From positions 248,001 to 312,000 of the forward strand of contig NIVC01001313.1 in assembly GCA_002269645.1 (NCBI GenBank): a stretch of 64,000 bases of DNA, given 5' to 3'. This document shows positions 6,761 to 17,100 of this stretch, piece after piece; within the stretch, counting starts at the first letter, position 1; each line of letters begins with the position of its first letter. Made by a program: the position numbers and the translations under genes. The stretch comes from Macrostomum lignano. Its lineage: Eukaryota. Below the pieces are notes generated by a model. It had not been told where the DNA came from and did not search any database. It saw only the letters and a program-made list of their open reading frames with translations.

Positions 6761-8044
6761 ATGACTGAGTGCCTGTGTACAAAGTCGGAATTCGAGCTAT
6801 TTGCTCCTCGCGCACACCAAATTGCTGCAATTAGCGCCACCACTGAAGAAGTTCACCCTGTTGCCAGTGTTGAAAATGCCAGCGTGGTCGAATTTAGGAT
6901 TGTTGGTGGTGAGACGTTTATCGATCTTAACGACATTGACCTCGAGATTAAGGCCCGCGTTAGGCAATCTAATGGCACAAATCTTGCTGCTGATTCGAAT
7001 GTTGCGCCGGTCAATTACGTCCTTGAAAGCATGTTTAAAAACGTCACGTTGACAATCAACGGGACACACGTAGAGTCGAGCAATAACAACCACGCTTACA
7101 AGGCCTATATTCGCACGTGTTTGAATTACGGACACGATTCAAAAACCAATCAACTGAGAATGATGGGCTACGCAAAGGACGCTGGAGGTCAAATGGCTGT
7201 GGTTGGAAATCCTGGCTTTGTAGCCCGCAAGGCGATGGCAGCAAACTCACGCACCTTTCACCTTTATGGACCTCTTAGTTTAGACTTTTTTGTTACCAAC
7301 GACCGAATGCTACTGCCATACACTGATATGGTAATTACGCTGACCATGCACAATTCCGGCTTCGTTCTGGAAAACCACGCGGACGGGGTTGATGCGCGGC
7401 TAGTACTCGAGAGTGCCAAACTACATGTGCGCCGCGTCAAGGCAAACCCCCAATTGGCATTGGAGATTGAAGAACAACTAGGCAAACAGAATGCAATCTA
7501 TCCGATTGAGCGACTTGTTGTGCACAATACTTCAGTGGCTGGCGGTGTTCGGGACATGTCAATCAACAATATATTTCCTGAACAAAAGCCTAAACTAGTG
7601 GTTGTTGGCATGGTAAACAGCGGCGCGTACAACGGTGTGGCTACACATAACCCGTTTAATTTTGAGCCATTTGGTGCCGACAGTGTGGCACTGTATAAGG
7701 ACGGAGTCAGTCTGTGTGGACAACCGTTTACTCCTCGATTCGGTGTTCATAACTATGCTCGCGAGTATGCCATGCTACTAAAAAGCCTAGGAAAGATGAA
7801 TCGGGACCTGGATATTGACGTATCATATTCCGACTATGGAGCTGGCTACTGCTTCTTCGCCTGGAATCTCATGCCCGACATGGAGCTGGGCGGGCATAGC
7901 ATGCCTCGCGAGCGAGGGAATCTGACGCTACAAATAAAGTTTTCTGCTGCCTTGGCCGCAGGAATCAACGTGTTGGTGTTTGGCTACTTTGACAATACTG
8001 TGCAAATCACTCGCGGTCGTCAGGTTATTCTAGACTACGTGTAG
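6761..8044 (+). CDS. Double jelly-roll major capsid protein (Polinton hexon-like MCP)
   Basis: CTKSEFELF...VEFRI...FIDL N-terminus and HNPFNF, GYCFFAWNL, GNLTLQIKF, polinton MCP patterns; intact 427 aa. Confidence 0.92.
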   Translation: MTECLCTKSEFELFAPRAHQIAAISATTEEVHPVASVENASVVEFRIVGGETFIDLNDIDLEIKARVRQSNGTNLAADSNVAPVNYVLESMFKNVTLTINGTHVESSNNNHAYKAYIRTCLNYGHDSKTNQLRMMGYAKDAGGQMAVVGNPGFVARKAMAANSRTFHLYGPLSLDFFVTNDRMLLPYTDMVITLTMHNSGFVLENHADGVDARLVLESAKLHVRRVKANPQLALEIEEQLGKQNAIYPIERLVVHNTSVAGGVRDMSINNIFPEQKPKLVVVGMVNSGAYNGVATHNPFNFEPFGADSVALYKDGVSLCGQPFTPRFGVHNYAREYAMLLKSLGKMNRDLDIDVSYSDYGAGYCFFAWNLMPDMELGGHSMPRERGNLTLQIKFSAALAAGINVLVFGYFDNTVQITRGRQVILDYV

Positions 8045-8091
8045 AAACAAACATTTTTTTATTCTCAAATAACGGCCATATTCATGCCGAT

Positions 8092-8541
8092 ATGAATAGT
8101 CTAGATATATTAGAACGTCTAATACTGCCTGTCCCTGTTCGAGTAACACCCGTTGACAGGATTCCGCAGCCTGTTTATCCTGCTGCATACGTGATTAACT
8201 TTGACACTGGCAATCTACCAGGCACTCACTGGGCTTTAATTTGTCTTCATGCCGATGAGAGCGTGACATTTTTTGACCCCTTGTGTATCGAACCTGTGCC
8301 AGATTTATTAAAGTTGTGGATCGCAAAGTATGTCTCCGCGGAGGTTGCAATGAACCGGCATCCTGTACAGCATCCGCTAAGTGTGACCTGCGGGGCTCAT
8401 GTAATATTTGTGGCTGAAAAACACTTTTTGGAGGGTCTGTCAATTGAAAAAATATTGCGCGACTGTTATAGCACAAATCTTTACGAGAACGACTTGATGG
8501 TGCAGAATCACTGTCTACAAATAAAGCAGCATCATCCATAA
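8092..8541 (+). CDS. Adenain-type cysteine maturation protease
   Basis: GTHW (His), FFDP (Asp), VQ (oxyanion Gln), TCG (Cys) in clan CE order. Confidence 0.92.
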   Translation: MNSLDILERLILPVPVRVTPVDRIPQPVYPAAYVINFDTGNLPGTHWALICLHADESVTFFDPLCIEPVPDLLKLWIAKYVSAEVAMNRHPVQHPLSVTCGAHVIFVAEKHFLEGLSIEKILRDCYSTNLYENDLMVQNHCLQIKQHHP

Positions 8542-8543
8542 AT

Positions 8544-9194
8544 ATGATTGGGCGGCCTATCAAAATGTATCAAACAATAGACCCCGACTCTTTAAAATTT
8601 GCCCCCAAAACGTCTGCAATTTTTGCTGGGGTGGCTCAAAGCGGCAAGACCACACTTGTGAAAAACCTATTGAGACAAGAATTTTTTCAAGATCCGAAGC
8701 CGATTCGCGTAGACTGGTTTGGCCACTATCCGGATCCTGAACTGTTTGAATTGCCGTACCCTGTAAATTTTCGTTCGTGTACATTTGATCCTGAACAATA
8801 TGTCCCTGACCCAAATATTCTGCTTGTCGTCGACGACCAAATGCATGCCATGGAAAAGAGTGGCGCTTTTACAACTTTTTTCACGCGCAAAGTCTCCCAC
8901 GTGGGGTTCCGACTTTGGTATCTTGTGCAAAACCTGTTTGCAAAGGGTAAGGAGCACCGAACTCAGTCGCTCAATTCGAACTACCTTGTTTTATTCCGCA
9001 ATGTACGGGATGCCAGCACAGTGTCTCATATTGCAAGGCAGCTGGTCCCAACTAATCCAAAAAGTTTTGTCAAAACGTATGAGGATGCTACTCGCGACCC
9101 CTACTCATACTTGATTGTAAACTGTTTGCAAAATGCTCCTGCTCGCTATTATTCAAACGTTTTGGGTCGTCACCCAATTGTGTATGCTAAATAA
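8544..9194 (+). CDS. A32/FtsK-family genome-packaging ATPase
   Basis: Walker A GVAQSGKT, Walker B LLVVDD, downstream YLVQNLF and SLNSNYLVLF; stop codon overlaps AATAAA. Confidence 0.93.
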   Translation: MIGRPIKMYQTIDPDSLKFAPKTSAIFAGVAQSGKTTLVKNLLRQEFFQDPKPIRVDWFGHYPDPELFELPYPVNFRSCTFDPEQYVPDPNILLVVDDQMHAMEKSGAFTTFFTRKVSHVGFRLWYLVQNLFAKGKEHRTQSLNSNYLVLFRNVRDASTVSHIARQLVPTNPKSFVKTYEDATRDPYSYLIVNCLQNAPARYYSNVLGRHPIVYAK

Positions 9195-9255
9195 ATATAT
9201 ACGTATCAAAGCTCGGCCGGCTTTTTGTGTAAATATATATACGCCTTTTGAAAAC

Positions 9256-9770
9256 TTATTTGACTCTGAGGAGGGGTTGGGTATGACGTAATTGCCCCGG
9301 AGTGGCTACGGAGGACAGAATTCTAGAGGGATGGAGTATGGTGTGAGTGGATATAACAGGCTGCAGCAGAGGGGTGGATAGCGGCGATTTACAGCGGCTG
9401 ACTGACTCATCATGCCTCCGCGTGGGGCCGCCAATTAATTGTGGGAGGCAACAGAATATTTTCTTGGATGGGTGGGCGCTACAATTCTGTGCGTACACGA
9501 AGTTTGGGTTTGATCGAACAGCTATGGGGTGGGCGGACGCTACAATTCTGCCAATTTTTGGTATATGGACAGTAAATATGGACAAGTAATAATATGGACA
9601 GTTATGGGGTGGGTCGGCGCGCGTTAATTCTGCCAATTTTGGTATATGGACAGTTAATATGTACAGTTAATTCTGCGCTACACCAATGCTGCATTGTGCG
9701 GGGCTGGGGGCGCGCGCGTTTCTGCGTACAACAACTGCGGAGCGCTAATTATGCGTACTATATTGTACTG
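9256..9770. repeat. Probable Polinton terminal/subterminal repeat region
   Basis: Non-coding; internally repeated motifs (tatggacag, tggggtggg, aattctgccaatttt); the partner TIR is outside the window. Confidence 0.5.
9366..9448 (+). repeat. 83-bp perfect direct repeat, copy 2
   Basis: Identical to 6217-6299. Confidence 0.95.
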
Positions 9771-11593
9771 GTCGTCGCTTCTGTACGATACAGTGATTAC
9801 ATGTATAATTAGATTTACATGAGAGTATAAATGTCTCACATAATGACTCTGGACCAATTAGAATCGGTCTAATGTATTTAGATAGGCGCTGAATTTGCAT
9901 TGGCTCTGACACCCACCTCACCTCCAAAACCCGGCTCTAACGGCGCGATACGTAGTTTCAATACATCCCTGTGCGCCAATCACTAGCCAAGCCTCCAAAT
10001 TTCATATCAGCACGTCGACCACGTGTGTCTGCATCAGCGGCCTGATTTTATAGGTTATTGGCTTTCTCCCATACGGAGCTTCTGGACCTTCAACAGGTGG
10101 CCTTTTGTAGTCAAATTCTACAGATTTCGCTTGACTTATTTAGTTCAAGCGCAAATCTATCTAAAAAACGCTAAACTGACACTCAAATAAAAGTAGTGCG
10201 TCATTAAGAATCAGAGCGTAGCTATAATTAAACAAATCTATTGTTTCAATCGCCACTGTGAACAAATGTTTATTTAATAACTTCTGAATTTACTATTGAA
10301 ATATACTTTCAATTTTTTGCAACTGCATTCTAACAAGTTTTATTTGTCAGAAGTTGTCTAGATCAGCACTTCTAGTAAAAGTAATAGTTAAATTTCTATG
10401 AGGATCAATTAAGTGTTTTGCAACTGAATTCGTCCAACAAACTGCAAAATCTTTCGTTCGCTAATGCCTTCTTAATGGGAGCTAAATTAAGATCATGCCA
10501 TACATAGACAGCTGCGTTCGCGCAAATGCAAAACATGATTGAAGTGACGGTTCGTTGGTTTGCTAGCATGGGTAACTGTGTGCGGTTTTTTGCTTAACTT
10601 TATTCTGCTAACTCAGTCACTTAACTTTATTCAATGCTAAACTTCTATGTACTCTGTAAACCAATGCGTACTCTGTGCAATTCAGTGTACATCATTGCTC
10701 TAGCCTTGCCTCGCCCCTTAAATCCCTCCACTTGCTCAATCATGCAGTGCATCAATATAGTTCAATACTCCACTTCAATATTTTCAATAGTCGCAATATT
10801 TAAACCATTGCTCTCGATCTGTGTCTCGTCAAGCAACTTAGACAATTCTACTACTGCAAATATATCGCAAGAATTTATACTCGTTCAAACAACATTCGAT
10901 TCCTGACTTTCGCGTCACGTCAATGATGACAGTCCAGCAGAGACTTAAGGTGAGCGCGGGCCCCATCAAAGATAATTCCACCCCACTCAGCCTCCACCAG
11001 AACATCCAGCTCTACTAATAAGTTTGCTAAATTTTCAGCTCAAAAACCTCCCCCCACAAATGCATAATTAAGAAGTCCCCATTGCAGAGATATGGGGCCA
11101 ATCACAGAGTGGAGTTTTGTTTTAGCCACATACTGTTCTCACAGCAGGCTGCAACCTCGATGTGCCCATCTTTGAGTTCTCGCCGTCCAAAGGTTCAGCC
11201 CATGTAGGTACTCATCAAGAAAGATCAGGCTTCCATCGTGTACGTTCTTCGCACAGCTCCGAACGCAGCTGCTGTCTATGGAATTATCTAAATTTAGCTC
11301 CCGTTAAGAAAGCATTAGTGGTCGAAAGATTTTGTTGTATAGTTTGGAAGAATTCAATTGCAAAAAGTTATATATGGTGGGTGCATTGCTGCAGTCACAG
11401 TTACAATGCAACAACCAACGCCCCATTGACACTAGTGTTATGTGGACATTGTTGCACGCGTTGTTGTTGCAAGTGCCTCATTATTGCATGCTGAGGGCTT
11501 GCTGTCTATGGCTGAACCCCACAGTGGTCTTGCTCTTGTTAACAATGTCATTCATGCAAAGCCGCAACGAAGTTTCATGCAGAATCGATCGGC

Positions 11594-14142
11594 CTACACA
11601 ACCTCTTTGAACAGCGGCATGATGACCAAGATGATGAGGGTTGACGCGGACGCTGCCACCAGGAAGAGCCAGAACAGCATGCGATCCACGATGAAGGCCA
11701 GCATTCGCCAATCGTTGATGAGCAGCTGGGCGGCCTCATCCTCGGCCTGTTTGCGCATCAGGTAGCGCAGGTGCCGCTGCATCCGGTCGTACTGCCGGTA
11801 GCGCTTGTCCGCCTCCATCGTGGTTGACTTTCCTTCCACTCCGCCGCCGGAGCCGTTGCTGGCCTCCGTCTGAGCGGCGTCCGCAGCGGCGGAAACTTCT
11901 CGACGAGACTCCTCGTAGCGCTGGCGCCGACGGCCGGCCTTGCGCTGGTAGCGCGCCACGGACGACATGCAGAGCAGCGGCGCCAGCCGGTTGAACAGGA
12001 GGCTGCGCAGCTGCCGCGGCACCGGCCGGTCGTTCGGGCCAACATGGTGCAGGTGGAGCACGAATACGGTGAGCACGATTGACAGCGAGGTGGTCGACAT
12101 GGTCACTGTCAGGTAGATGCCTGCAAGTGCGCGGCAGAAATTCTAATTGAGTCAAAGCTTCAGTTCAGACTTCTAAAATGCTACATAAAAACACTACCTT
12201 AAGACACGTAGAAGATCCATTATTAAATTAGCATAAAGTTTTGCATTTAGGGTTTTATTTCACGAGGAGAGACTAAAGCACCGTGACTTCTATAATAATT
12301 CAGATGATGGCCCTATATCTCAAGGACGTTTGTCTGTAAATTTCTTCACTTTACATGTACGAGCGTAAACAAAAGGAGGTTAGCTGATAGTCTCACTTCC
12401 AATTACGAGGGGTGTCCCAAAAGTTCCCGGAATGTCTAACGTAGCTCTTCAACGGAGCCATGATGTTTCACGCCCTTGGTGTCATTATTCGATTTGTCTG
12501 TGGGTAAAAGCTTTTGGTAAGACATTTTCGCAGCGTATCGTTCACGGAAATGACAGTTCGGTAGACAAGACAATGTCTATGGCTCAACCCGAATGAGAAA
12601 AAAATTTAAAGACGATAGAGTCAATGTACAGAAGCTAGTCACTGTACAGAGCTGATCAATGTACAGGAGCTAGTCAAGGCTACCGGACATTTTCCCTCCG
12701 GCATTTGCCCTCCGGACATTTGCCCTCCGGCATTTCCCCTCCGGACATTTGCCCTCGAGGACATTTGCCCTCGGGGACATTTGCCCTCCGGACATTTGCC
12801 CTCCGGACATTTGCCCTCGGGGACATTTCCCCTCTGGAAAAGTACAGGTAAGGCTGGGGATAGGGTAGGGCGCGGGTATATATTGCTTACTAGAAAAGGA
12901 TGAGTTGTTGGCTGGAGAAGAACCTGATGGATGCAAGAGGCGGGAGGATGAGGTTGGTGCTGGAGGAACGACGGGTGGGTACAGGAGGAGGTGAGGTGAG
13001 TAATGTGCGAGGGGGTAAATTTGCAGAGGGCAAATGTGCGGAGGGGAAATGTCCGGAGGGCAAATGTCCGGAGGGCAAATGTCCCCGAGGGCAAATGTCC
13101 CCGAGGGGAAATGTCCGGAGGGCAAATGTCCGGAGGGGAAATGTCCCGGAGGGCAAATGTCCGGAGGGCAAACGCCGCCGAGGGGAAGTGCCGGAGGGCA
13201 AGTACCGGAGGGGAAGTGCCGGAGGGCAAATGTCCGGAAGCGGCTAGTCAATGTACAGAGCTGATCAATGTACAGGAGCTAGTCACTGTACAGAGCTGAT
13301 CAATGTACAGAATTGGCCAATGTACAGCGAGGTACAGTTCCCACTCCAATCAAAGCGCCTTTCTAAGTATTTCCCCAGAAACAATTTGTTTTGTTACCAT
13401 AGCAACACAAGCCCGAGTGTCCATACTCACCGATCAGAGGCACGAACTCGCTAGTTGCCGGCATGTTCTCAGCTATGAGCAGCATAAACACTGAGAAGGC
13501 CAGCAGCACAGTGATGCCCAGAGTGATTTTCTCCCCTGAGTCGGGCGGCAGCCAGAATCCCAACAGGCTGAGCAGGGTGAGCCACAGGCAGGGAAAGATT
13601 ATGTTGAACAGGTAGTACAGGGTGCGGCGCTGGATCACTATGTGGAACTTGATGTCCGGGTAGGGCACCGGGCTGATGGGGTAGACCGTCTGGAATTCGG
13701 ACCCGGCGGGAGACCGGCTATTGTGCCATTTATGCAGCTGCAATAATGCCATTCTTATCCCTTGAAACTCCACATGTTCCTCCTCTCTCCCTGTCCCTCA
13801 CCCTGACTGTCTTTTTGCCTCTCCCTCTTCCTTCTCCCTCTCGCTCCCTCTCTGTCCCTCTCCGTCACCTTTATTTCTCTCTCTCTCTCCGTCTCCCTCT
13901 CTCCCTCCCTCTCCCCCTCTCTCTCTCCCTCTCTCTCTCCCTCTCTCTCTCTCCCTCTCTCTCTCCCTCTCCCTCTCTCTCCCCTCTCTCTCTCCCTCTC
14001 CCTCTCTCTCTCCCTCTCTCTTTCTCTCCCTCTCTCTCCCTCTCTCTCCCTCTCTCTCTCTCCCTCCCTCTCCCTCTCTCTCTCTCCCTCTCTCTCTCCC
14101 TCTCCCTCTCTCTCCCTCTCTCTCTCCCTCTCTCCCTCTCCC

Positions 14143-14184
<42 letters not shown>

Positions 14185-17100
14185 TCCCTCTCCCTTACCC
14201 TCTCCCTCCTACTCATCTACTTTATATCCCTTGATGTTCTCTTTATCCCCTCTCCCTGCCAGTCTCAGTCCATCTGTGATTAGCAAAACTGGGCTAATCA
14301 CAGGCTAATAACTGGGCTAACACCATGGACGTCGCCAGCCTGTACACCAACATCCCGACGGAGGCCGGCCTCGAGTGCGTGCGAAGAGCGTTTAGGGAGC
14401 ACCCGGACAGCCGGCGCCCAGACGCCAGCCTACTCAGCCTGCTCAAGCTGAACCTGGAGCGCAACGACTTCGAGTTTGACGGCAGGTACTTTCTGCAGGT
14501 GAAAGGCACTGCCATGGGGAAGTCGTTCGCGCCCAGCTACAGCAACATCTACATGGGCTATTGGGAGCAGAGAGGCCTGGAGACCAGCCCGCAGAAGCCC
14601 AGCCTGTGGCTCCGCTACATCGACGACGTCTTTGGAGTGTGGCGTGGCACAGAGGCGGAGCTGGTCCAGTTCCATCAACACCTGGACGCCCTCGACCCCA
14701 ACATCCGACTTCAACTGAGCTACAGCAGCACAGAGGTGAACTTCCTAGACACCACCGTCTTCTGGGACCGCGAAGGCGACAGCAAAAGCCTGGCAACCAG
14801 GGTATATTTCAAGCCCACCGACAGCCGAGTCCTTATCCACCGCGACTCCTTCCATCCTAAGCGAACTTTCCGGGGCGTGGTAAAGTCCCAGCTCCTCAGG
14901 TACGCCCGGCGATGCTCCCGGATGGCCGACTTCGACGCAGCGTGCACCGGGCTGATGTCGAATCTGGTGCAGCACCAAGGCTACAGCCGGCGCTTCCTCC
15001 GCACCATCAAGTACGACGTGCTGACGGAGCTCGGCTTCTACCCGACCAGACGGTGGGAGTTCGGCTTCCTGCCGTGCAACTCGGCCCGACTCTGCAAGTG
15101 CTGCCAGGCGCACGCCAGGTTCACCTCCGTCTGCCCCGGATCAGCAGCCACGACAGTCCAGATCATCATCAGTCAGCGGATCGACTGCAACGCCACGAAC
15201 GCCGTCTATGCCGTGTTCTGCCGCCGGTGCGACCACACGGTCTACGTCGGCGAGACCGCCAACAGCATCCGTGGTCGCATGCTGGCGCACATCGGTGACA
15301 TCCGGCACACCCGTGACACTCCGGTAGCGCGCCACTTCACCAGCGGTGGCCACAGTCTGACGGACTTCGCCTTCACCGGCATCTGGACACGCGATGGCAC
15401 AGGACCCAGAGCTGACGAGCGGCGTCAGCGCCAGGCCAAGTTTATCGAGGTCCTGAGGACTCATGTTCCACACGGCGCCAACGAACTTGCCGGCATACTG
15501 CACAAACCGGCCATCCCGCTGATCCTGCCCCACTGTGCGACCTCCGACGCCCTGGCTGCCAAAGTGAAGGACAGGGTGATACGCCACTGCGAGACCCCGG
15601 TGCTGCCCGCCTACACCAAGGGGAGAAGCCTCCGGACTCTGCTCTCTCATAGTCGGCTCGATCCTGCCAACTAGGCCCCTTTTGACGCCTGTACAAAGGC
15701 TCTTTTACTGCTATTTTTCCCCTCTGTGATTTTTTCATTGACTTTATTTTGATTTATTCAGATTATTTATTCTCTGCTTTTTATTCATTTTTCTGACACT
15801 GTGTACGGTGCACCTGCATTTTTTGCTCTGAGCATTTAATAATAGCTTTTATTTACCTTATCTATTTATTTTGCCATTTATTTTTACAATTTTTATTCTA
15901 CACTCAAAGGTCGTCTAGGCCCACTTGTACAGTTTTAGCCACCCCCGCTTTTCTCATAGTCTCGGACTCGTTTTTATGTACTGACCATGCGTACTGTTTT
16001 AAGTGCTTGAGCACATCAATTTATCGATCGTCTCTCCCTGGCGATATCGCCTTTATATATTGATGGCAATTCGCGCCAAATAAACTTCACTCGCTTACAG
16101 CCCTGACGAAGAAATTTAATTTTGAAATATCGGCTACTCAATTTAAATTGACTTTTTTCAGTCCTTTCTGACTTTCTACCGTGTCAGTGCCCGGGATTGG
16201 AGGCGCCCTCTCTCTCTCTCTCTCTCCCTCTCTCTCTCTCCCTCTCCCTCTCCCTTACCCTCTCCCTCCTACTCATCTACTTTATATCCCTTGATGTTCT
16301 CTTTATCCCCTCTCCCTGCCAGTCTCAGTCCATCTGTGATTAGCAAAACTGGGCCAGAATCTGCGCTGCTCACCTCCTGACGATCCACGTCGACTCGTAG
16401 CAGGTTCCACTCGCCGCTTTGCACGTAGTTGGCGAAGTCCACCTCTTCTCGTCTAGAATGGCGGATTTGAGTGCAGTGCTGAATGCGACTCAGACTCATA
16501 TAGACTCAGACTCATATAGACTCAGACTCATATAGACTCAGACTCATATAGACTCAGACTCATATAGACTCAGACTCATATAGACTCAGACTCATATAGA
16601 CTCAGACTCATATAGACTCAGACTCATATAGACTCAGACTCATATAGACTCAGACTCATATAGACTCTTTCTACGCACAGTAATAGGATGCGTTCGTTAA
16701 CTCACTTTTTAGTAATATTAACTTGATAACCATCGTAGGTCCACGATCCGAACTTCATCGTGCACACCTGATCGTCAAACGGGAAATAGGTGATGTCGAT
16801 TTTGCAGGTAGAACGCAGCTTAGCTGGCGGAGGCCAGAACACGGTGCCGCTTGAGTCCACCATCGCCTTGCTCTGCATGTAGCCTGTGGTGAAGTCGTCC
16901 GCGCTGCAGTTCATTGTTGAGGAGGATGGTGTAGGGAGCAATTCATATAGTGTAGGGACGGCGCCCCACAGCTATCCATACAGTGTAGGGACGGCGCCCC
17001 ACAACTATCCATATATAGTGTAGGGATAGCGCCCCACAACTATCCATATATAGTTTAGGGATGGCGCCCCACAGCTATCCATACAGTGTAGGGACGGCGC

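Larger units (their letters stand above)
1..9770. mobile_element. Polinton/Maverick (adintovirus-like endogenous dsDNA virus), right-hand part; pPolB and left TIR not in window
   Basis: Co-located rve integrase, penton-like, DJR major capsid, adenain protease and A32/FtsK ATPase genes; compact and apparently intronless; GC-rich subterminal repeats at 9256-9770. Exact right end not resolved (AGTAC-like termini on the minus strand at 9759 or 9769). Confidence 0.93.
14321..16205 (+). mobile_element. 5'-truncated Penelope-like retroelement (Neptune-like), copy 1
   Basis: RT plus GIY-YIG ORF, AT-rich 3' region with hammerhead; 3' end abuts a (CT)n tract. Confidence 0.92.

Noticed and set aside
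12639-14234. ORFs with GKCPE/GHLPS, RE-repeat and SL-repeat translations (also 21062-21550)
   Set aside because: Translations of MITE subrepeats and the (CT)n microsatellite.
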